From contig NZ_LN831039.1 in the NCBI RefSeq assembly GCF_001457595.1, forward strand, positions 3,480,001-3,512,000: 32,000 bases of DNA, given 5' to 3'. A program made the translations under genes and the position numbers. The notes under the pieces were generated by a model. It saw only the letters and a program-made list of their open reading frames with translations, was not told where the DNA came from and did not search any database. Positions 25,878 through 32,000 of this stretch are shown piece by piece. Numbering within the stretch: position 1 is the first letter of the stretch; every line of letters starts with the position of its first letter. This DNA is from Mycolicibacterium smegmatis (lineage in GTDB: Bacteria > Actinomycetota > Actinomycetes > Mycobacteriales > Mycobacteriaceae).

Positions 25878-26216
25878 TTAGGTGACCGGCGACTCGTCGT
25901 CGGCTGAGCTACCGAGTATCGCGTCGAGCAGCCCCGGAAACGCCTCGTCGAGTTCGGCGCGACGCAAGGTCAGGATCCGCTTGCGCCCGTCGGGCTCATT
26001 ACGGATGATGCCGGCCTCGCGCAGCACCTTCATGAGGTGTGACTTGGTCGATTTCGGCAAATCGGGGTTGACTGTGCTGCATTCGGCCATCGCGAGGGGG
26101 CCATTGGCCAGCTCACGCACAATCGCGAGGCGCGCCGGATCGCTCAGTGCGAACAGGACATCGGTCAGCTTCACGTCGGCGATGTCCGGGTGCGCCAGCT
26201 GTGTGACGGCTCTCAT
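25878..26216 (-). CDS. ArsR-like winged-helix transcriptional regulator
   Basis: LTDVLFALSDPARLAIVRELANGPLAMAECSTVNPDLPKSTKSHLMKVLREAGIIRNEPDGRKRILTLRRAEL. Confidence 0.88.
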   Translation of the reverse strand: MRAVTQLAHPDIADVKLTDVLFALSDPARLAIVRELANGPLAMAECSTVNPDLPKSTKSHLMKVLREAGIIRNEPDGRKRILTLRRAELDEAFPGLLDAILGSSADDESPVT

Positions 26217-26283
26217 GGTTCGATATTAGTTGAACCTTCGCGGGTTGACGGCTACGTTCTTAGAGTTCCACTTTTTTCGAACT
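26217..26283. promoter_or_regulatory. Two copies of a GTTC-N10-GAAC dyad in the ArsR/MFS divergent gap
   Basis: GGTTC-gatattagtt-GAACC (26217-26236) and AGTTC-cacttttttc-GAACT (26264-26283). Confidence 0.45.
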
Positions 26284-26316
26284 GTTCTTTTCGTGGACTC
26301 GAGTCGCGAGGTTGCC

Positions 26317-27564
26317 ATGTCCGTTGCCACCGCCGTCACGCCGGTCGTCCGGAGGACCCGAACACCGGCTTTCTGCCTGACCGTTGCAGCGAGTCTCGCC
26401 ATGACAGTCGGTGCCAGCGCCCCCTCGCCGTTCTACCCCGTCCTGCAACAGCATCTCGGGTACTCAGCGGCGACAAGTACCACGATCTTCGCTGTCTACG
26501 CCGGCGCCCTGTTGGTCACGCTGCTGGTCGTCGGGTCGCTGTCCGACCACATCGGTCGGCGCCCGGTCATCTCGTTCGGCTTTGTGGTGCTTGCCGCCAG
26601 CATGGTGACGTTCTGGCACGCCGATTCCGTCACGGCGCTGATCGTCGCTCGCATCGTCCAGGGAACCGCCACCGGCTTCTTGATGTCGACCTTGTCAGCC
26701 GCGGTCGTGGATCTCGAGCCGAGCAACCGACCGGGGCTGGCGGCCACTCTCAACAGCGTCTTCCCGCTGGGCGGGCTCGCCCTCGGTGCCCCGATCTCGG
26801 GCGTCCTGCTCGACCACTCAACGTCGGCACCGGCCATGGTCTTCGGCGGGCTCGCGTCCCTGTACGTGGCGATAGCGGCGGCCGCGTGCCTACTGCCGGA
26901 GACGTCCCCTCGACACGAAGGTCTCCTGCGCTCCTTTGTTCCTCGTGTGGGCGTGCCCGCGGCCGCGCGCCCACCGTTCTGGCGCGGCGCACCCGGACTG
27001 GTCGCCGGATGGGCCACCACCGGGCTGTACCTGTCCTTGGGCGCACCGCTCGTCGCTCAGGAACTGGGTGGCACCGACCACGCCGAGCAGGGACTCGTCG
27101 TCGCGGCACTCGCCGGCGTGGGTTCCGTGACGAGCTACGTCTGCCGCGGCAAGTCCTCACGCGCCTTGACGACGTACGGCACCACAGCGCTCGCTGCCGG
27201 GACCGCCTTCAGCCTCGTCGGGCTTGCAGTCGGCTCATTGTGGGTCTTCATCGCTGCGGCGGTCCTGGCCGGAGCAGGGGTGGGCGCTTCGTTCCTCGGA
27301 ATCCTGCGCTCGATCACGCCGCTGGCCGCACCGCACGAGCGTGGCGAGTTGTTCGCGGCAGTGTTCGTCGTCAGCTACCTGGCGTTCGGTGGTCCCGCCG
27401 TCCTCGCCGGCGTCGCCGTACCGCATATCGGCCTTGCCCAGACCACCTACCTGTACGGCGGGCTGGTTGTCGTCCTGTCGGTGGGGGCCTGCCTCCTCCG
27501 CGCGCTGGCCACAGAGCAACAAAGTGCACCGGACACAATCGTCCGAACGAATGAAGCAACGTAA
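26317..27564 (+). CDS. MFS transporter
   Basis: 12-TM-like; LAMTVGASAPSPFYPVLQQHLG; VVGSLSDHIGRRPVISFG. Divergent from the arsR-type gene. Confidence 0.88.
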   Translation: MSVATAVTPVVRRTRTPAFCLTVAASLAMTVGASAPSPFYPVLQQHLGYSAATSTTIFAVYAGALLVTLLVVGSLSDHIGRRPVISFGFVVLAASMVTFWHADSVTALIVARIVQGTATGFLMSTLSAAVVDLEPSNRPGLAATLNSVFPLGGLALGAPISGVLLDHSTSAPAMVFGGLASLYVAIAAAACLLPETSPRHEGLLRSFVPRVGVPAAARPPFWRGAPGLVAGWATTGLYLSLGAPLVAQELGGTDHAEQGLVVAALAGVGSVTSYVCRGKSSRALTTYGTTALAAGTAFSLVGLAVGSLWVFIAAAVLAGAGVGASFLGILRSITPLAAPHERGELFAAVFVVSYLAFGGPAVLAGVAVPHIGLAQTTYLYGGLVVVLSVGACLLRALATEQQSAPDTIVRTNEAT

Positions 27565-27571
27565 CAGGACG

Positions 27572-28678
27572 TCAGCCGGGTGTCGGAACCTCTTTCTTCC
27601 CTTCGGAGCACTTCTGAGCAGCCCAGCGGGCACGACTCTCCCGCAGGGTCCGCTGGGCGGACTCCAGGGTGACGTCGCGTGGATCGATCCCCTCGCGCTC
27701 GAATCCCCTCGCCGCGATCGGCAGGTACAACAATCTCAACGGGACGAAACGCTCGACGACCGCAGACAACCGGCGATACATGTGCATGAAGCGACGGGAC
27801 ATGTCCTCGTCCTCGGGAGTCCACTCCAGGCCGAACAAGTCCTTCACATGGGCCGGGTAACAATTGACGACGATCTGCCGACGCGCCGCCAGCCACGGCC
27901 AGACATACTTCTTCATGACCGGTGGCCACCAGCGCGGGGCCACGCGACGCTCCATGAATTGCTCCAACATGAGCTCCGTTACCTGCGATCTCACCAATTT
28001 GTTTCGCTCGATGTTTTCCAGGTACCGCTCAAAATCGTCGTACGTGCCCGGCTGAGCGCTGTCGTCCACACCCAACAGGCTGTACCACTCCTTGGACTCC
28101 TCGAAGATCTGCTCTTTCATCGCTCTGGGCATGGATCCGTCGAAGTGCAGCTGCTCGACGACCCGTATCAGCAGGTAATAAAAGAAGGTGACATGCGCGA
28201 AATAGAAGGTTTCCGCGTTGAGCGCGTTGAACGTGCCGTCCTTCAATTTTCCTTTGACCGGCTTGTGCATGTTCCTGATCTTCAGCCCGTATTTCTTCGC
28301 ATCTTCGGGGGCGTCGTAAACCGTGCTGTAGATGTACTCGTGTGATCGCCGTGTTCGCTCTTTGTATATCTTGGCGCGGGCCCGCAGCGAGTTGTCACCT
28401 GTGAAAAGAACAGAACCCGCGGTCGCCTGCGCCATCTGCGGCCAAGCGCCGGCAATGGGACCCATGGCGGCATTTCCGAAGAATGAGACATCAAGTCGTC
28501 CCCAATATTTCCAAATCAGGGAACCGGGCGGAATGGGGTGTTGAGAAAGATTGTTCCGCGCAAGACTGTGGTCGCCAGTGAGTTCAGGGACCTTCACTTC
28601 ATCCGGGATCACCGTGTCTGGATCGAACGTTGTCTGCATGATTTTCTTGAAAGCCTTGATCCCCCGCGCCGCCATCAC
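27572..28678 (-). CDS. MpaB/DUF2236 family (oxygenase MpaB-like) protein
   Basis: IPPGSLIWKYWGRLDVSFFGNAAMGPIAGAWPQMAQATAGSVLF...NAETFYFAHVTFFYYLL is typical of actinobacterial DUF2236 proteins. Confidence 0.8.
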   Translation of the reverse strand: MMAARGIKAFKKIMQTTFDPDTVIPDEVKVPELTGDHSLARNNLSQHPIPPGSLIWKYWGRLDVSFFGNAAMGPIAGAWPQMAQATAGSVLFTGDNSLRARAKIYKERTRRSHEYIYSTVYDAPEDAKKYGLKIRNMHKPVKGKLKDGTFNALNAETFYFAHVTFFYYLLIRVVEQLHFDGSMPRAMKEQIFEESKEWYSLLGVDDSAQPGTYDDFERYLENIERNKLVRSQVTELMLEQFMERRVAPRWWPPVMKKYVWPWLAARRQIVVNCYPAHVKDLFGLEWTPEDEDMSRRFMHMYRRLSAVVERFVPLRLLYLPIAARGFEREGIDPRDVTLESAQRTLRESRARWAAQKCSEGKKEVPTPG

Positions 28679-28961
28679 GAACTCCTTGCGTTGCCGATAC
28701 CGTATGTACTCAACGTCAGTTCTCGGCCGTTCACATACCCGGTATCGGGCAACTGAGCGACTGTTCTCCTACGGTAGCCAGCGCTTTGCCTGACTGTGTG
28801 TGATTCGGCGCCCGAAATGCACGCCCTCTCTTTTGCGCGGTGCCGGCGGATCGCCACGGCGAAGTGTTCCTATCCTGCAGGCGACACGTTTCGCCCCTTG
28901 CCTCGCACCGGATCGCCATGGCGCACAATGGGCCACGCATCCAACGCCGAACGGAGGAACG

Positions 28962-30656
28962 GTGCCGGAAATCAGCCCTGTGGCCGAATTCGACTACGTC
29001 ATCGTCGGTGCCGGTAGCGCCGGTTGCCTACTGGCCAACCGGCTCAGCGCCAACCCAGATCATCGTGTGCTCCTGATCGAGGCCGGCGGCAAAGACAACT
29101 GGTTCTGGATCAAGGTGCCGGTGGGCTACCTGTTCACCATCGCCAACCCCCGCACCGACTGGTGTTTCAACACCGAACCCGACCCGGGTCTGGCCGGCCG
29201 CAGCATCATCTACGCGCGTGGTCGGGTGATCGGCGGGTGCTCCTCGATCAACGCCATGATCCACATGCGCGGGCAGGCCAGCGACTACGAACTGTGGGCT
29301 CGGGCCACCGGTGACGACCGATGGCTCTGGGGTGGCCCCGACCGACCCGGCCAAACACTGGCGATCTACAAGGAGTTGGAGAACTACTTCGGGGGTGCCG
29401 ACGAGTGGCACGGCGCCGATGGCGAGATCCGGGTCGAGCGGCCGCGTGTGCGGTGGAAGATCCTCGACGCCTGGCAGGCCGCCGCTGCCCAGTTCGGCAT
29501 CACCCCGATCGAAGAGTTCAATCGCGGCGACAACTCCGGGAGCGCGTATTTCCACGTCAACCAACGGCGTGGTCGGCGCTGGTCGATGGCCGATGCGTTC
29601 CTGCACCCTGTCACGCACCGTCGCAATCTCACCGTCTATACGCAAACCCGTGCTCTGCGGCTGCTGATGGACGATCAGGTGAGCGAGGAGCAACGTCGGG
29701 GTGCCTGGACGACGGCGCAGCATCGAGTGACAGGGGTGCGGCTGCTCAAAGACGGACAGATTGTCGACGTCCGAGCCCGGCGTGAAGTGATCCTGAGTGC
29801 CGGCGCCATCGGTTCGCCCCATCTGATGCAGGTCTCGGGTCTGGGTCCGGCCGGGTTACTCGCGGAGCACCAGGTGCCTGTGGCCGTGGACCTGCCCGGT
29901 GTCGGTGAGAATCTTCAGGACCATCTGCAGCTTCGGACGGTCTTCCGCGTCCGCGGTGCGCGTACCGTCAACACGCTCTACCGCAACTGGATCACGCGCG
30001 CGGGCATGGGAATTCAGTATCTGCTGTTGCGCTCGGGGCCCATGACCATGCCGCCGTCCACGCTCGGAGCCTTCGCCAAGAGCGACCCCACTCTGGCCAG
30101 CCCTGACCTGGAGTGGCACGTGCAGCCATTGTCCCTGCCGAAGTTCGGCGAACCCCTGCACCCCTTCGCGGCCATCACTCCCTCGGTGTGCAATCTGCGC
30201 CCAACTTCCCGCGGCCACGTGCGCATGGCCACCGCGGATCCGCTGGCCGACCCGAAGATCCTCTGCAACTACCTGTCCACGGACGACGATCGCGAAAAGG
30301 CGGTGCGAGGCCTGCGAATGACGCGGCAGATCATGTCCGCCCCGGCACTGGCCCGATATTCTCCGGAGGAGATGCTTCCCGGCCCGCAGCTGGCGAGTGA
30401 CGACGATCTGCAACAGGCGGCGCGCGAATTGGGTACGACGATCTTCCATCCGGTCGGCACGTGTGCAATGGGTGCGTTCGACACACATGGTCTGCCTACC
30501 TCGGCCACCACAGTTCTCGATACCGATCTGCGCGTCTTCCGGGTCGCCGGTCTGAGGGTGGCCGATGCCTCCGCGATGCCGAACATCACTTCCGGCAACA
30601 CAAATGCGCCGGTGATGCTCATCGCAGAACGCGCCGCGCGCGCGATCCTGGGATGA
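28962..30656 (+). CDS. GMC family oxidoreductase (choline dehydrogenase-like)
   Basis: FDYVIVGAGSAGCLLANRLSANPDHRVLLIEAGG...GRVIGGCSSINAMIHMRGQASDY...IFHPVGTCAMG...NITSGNTNAPVMLIAERAA; ggaggaac RBS before GTG at 28962. Confidence 0.93.
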   Translation: MPEISPVAEFDYVIVGAGSAGCLLANRLSANPDHRVLLIEAGGKDNWFWIKVPVGYLFTIANPRTDWCFNTEPDPGLAGRSIIYARGRVIGGCSSINAMIHMRGQASDYELWARATGDDRWLWGGPDRPGQTLAIYKELENYFGGADEWHGADGEIRVERPRVRWKILDAWQAAAAQFGITPIEEFNRGDNSGSAYFHVNQRRGRRWSMADAFLHPVTHRRNLTVYTQTRALRLLMDDQVSEEQRRGAWTTAQHRVTGVRLLKDGQIVDVRARREVILSAGAIGSPHLMQVSGLGPAGLLAEHQVPVAVDLPGVGENLQDHLQLRTVFRVRGARTVNTLYRNWITRAGMGIQYLLLRSGPMTMPPSTLGAFAKSDPTLASPDLEWHVQPLSLPKFGEPLHPFAAITPSVCNLRPTSRGHVRMATADPLADPKILCNYLSTDDDREKAVRGLRMTRQIMSAPALARYSPEEMLPGPQLASDDDLQQAARELGTTIFHPVGTCAMGAFDTHGLPTSATTVLDTDLRVFRVAGLRVADASAMPNITSGNTNAPVMLIAERAARAILG

Positions 30657-30673
30657 CTCGATAATCTTCGTGT

Positions 30674-31588
30674 ATGGCCGACCGCACGCAGTTGGGTGCC
30701 GCGACCATCTCACGGGTGGTCGAATGGCGTCTTGATCTACCGCTCACCATGTTTCCCCGCACCCCGCACGACGTGTGGCAGGAACTCGCGTCCGAACTGA
30801 GCCCCACGTTCTGGAACTCCGACAAGTGGCACGCCCTGGTGCAGACGTGGGTCGTCGAGGTCGACGGACTCACGGTGCTGGTCGACACCGGCGTCGGCAA
30901 CGGTCGCGACCGCCCGGCCATGCCATTCCTGGCTGGTCTCGACACCGATTTCCTCGAGGCGCTCGAAGCCGCGGGCGTCTCCCCCGCCTCGGTGGACATC
31001 GTCGTCAACACCCACGTCCACACCGACCACGTCGGGTGGAACACCAGACGCGAGAACGATCGATGGGTGCCGACCTTCCCGAACGCCCGCTATCTCGTGC
31101 CGGAAGCCGACTACCGCTACTACCACCCGGAAAATGCCGACGCCCGGGGCCCCGGCCGGGACGAGGAACATCAGGCGCGACTCGATGCGAGCCGAATCCT
31201 GTTCTCCGACAGTATTCTTCCTGTTGACGAGGCGGGTCAGATCCAACTGTGGTGCGATGACTACCAGATCAGCGAGTCGCTGAGGTTGCGGCCCGCTCCG
31301 GGCCACACACCCGGCTCATCGGTGCTGTGGCTGGATGCGGGCCGACCGGCGGTGTTCGTCGGGGACCTCACCCACAGCCCCATGCAGATCCACCACCCCA
31401 CGGATTCATGTGTGCTCGACGAGGACTTCGACCAAGCCGCAGTGACGCGTCGACGCGTGCTGACCGAGGCGTCCAGGCGGCGTGCCGCCGTCATTCCCGC
31501 GCACTATCCGGGGCACGGCGGGGCGACCGTGGTGGCACGCGGCGACGCGTTCATGATCGACGGTTGGCTGAACGTCGACGCGTTGTGA
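30674..31588 (+). CDS. MBL-fold metallo-hydrolase
   Basis: VVNTHVHTDHVGWNTR (HxHxDH), GHTPGSSVLWLD, GDLTHSPMQ, HYPGHGGATV. Confidence 0.92.
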   Translation: MADRTQLGAATISRVVEWRLDLPLTMFPRTPHDVWQELASELSPTFWNSDKWHALVQTWVVEVDGLTVLVDTGVGNGRDRPAMPFLAGLDTDFLEALEAAGVSPASVDIVVNTHVHTDHVGWNTRRENDRWVPTFPNARYLVPEADYRYYHPENADARGPGRDEEHQARLDASRILFSDSILPVDEAGQIQLWCDDYQISESLRLRPAPGHTPGSSVLWLDAGRPAVFVGDLTHSPMQIHHPTDSCVLDEDFDQAAVTRRRVLTEASRRRAAVIPAHYPGHGGATVVARGDAFMIDGWLNVDAL

Positions 31589-31746
31589 AGCTGAACCCCG
31601 AAGCCCAGCGCAGTCGGCAGCTCACGACGCGCACCTTTCAGGCGCGTGGAGCGGCAAGCGATTTTCCGTCATCGAATCCGCTCCGACCCCTGGCGGCCGC
31701 GTGGGCAGGGTACGCCGTGATTTGCGCCTACGGCCCTCGTACCGCG

Positions 31747-32000
31747 TCAGAGCGTGGCGGCGGTGGCCTGGTTGTACAGGTCCGCGGCCGCGCCCATCGC
31801 GGCCCGGACGGTGTTGTAGTAGTGCGTACCGACGCCACCACTGCGGTATTTGCGCAGCTGCGGGTTCTGGGCGAGCGTCGCCGCGAGAACGTTGTCGCTG
31901 GTGCCGTACTTCCTGAACGCATCATTGAATCGGACAATGAACCGGGCGATTGCCTTGTTGGGGTCCTGGCGCTCTTCGACCGTGCCGAAGCTGGCTTTTT
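31747..32000 (-). CDS. Hypothetical protein, truncated by the window edge
   Basis: Minus-strand reading gives KASFGTVEERQDPNKAIARFIVRFNDAFRKYGTSDNVLAATLAQNPQLRKYRSGGVGTHYYNTVRAAMGAAADLYNQATAATL*. C-terminal end only. Confidence 0.5.
   Translation of the reverse strand, partial: KASFGTVEERQDPNKAIARFIVRFNDAFRKYGTSDNVLAATLAQNPQLRKYRSGGVGTHYYNTVRAAMGAAADLYNQATAATL

Noticed and set aside
26190-27554. 454-aa forward ORF in another frame across the MFS gene
   Set aside because: Arg/Gly/Pro-rich alternate frame; the 26317-27564 frame has coherent TM segments and MFS motifs.
27224-28345. 373-aa forward ORF antisense to the DUF2236-family gene
   Set aside because: No motif, while the opposite strand gives a coherent MpaB/DUF2236-like protein.
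1-32000. Search for CRISPR arrays, tRNA/rRNA genes, transposases, integrases or phage genes
   Set aside because: I saw no regularly spaced repeats, no tRNA-like or rRNA-like sequence, and no ORF with transposase or recombinase motifs. Small or diverged RNAs cannot be excluded without covariance-model searches.

Overview
GC-rich actinobacterial chromosome segment, probably Mycobacterium/Mycolicibacterium-like (my inference from protein style and codon usage). It carries about 30 supportable CDS and is unusually rich in local transcription regulators: four TetR, one GntR/FCD, one ArsR and one broken GlxA/AraC-type. The most distinctive locus is a GntR-divergent, translationally coupled cassette at about 3.4-8.75 kb: HpcH/HpaI-type aldolase, nitrilase-superfamily amidase, and a complete TRAP transporter (DctP-DctQ-DctM). 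Just outside it, at 3221-3374, is a decayed same-strand copy of part of dctM that forms an approximately 90% identical direct repeat around the cassette. Other highlights: a GlxA-type regulator pseudogene with two separate lesions (in-frame TAG and a 1-nt loss in a C run) next to an isonitrile-hydratase-like DJ-1/PfpI gene and an SDR lacking the catalytic Tyr; a cis-CaaD-like tautomerase with a convergent TetR and related candidate operator sites; clear palindromic TetR operator candidates; a 40-bp bidirectional terminator hairpin; and a 40-aa stand-alone DUF2510-like microprotein missed by the ORF track. I saw no rRNA, tRNA, transposase or CRISPR array. All homology calls come from reading motifs by eye, without database searches.
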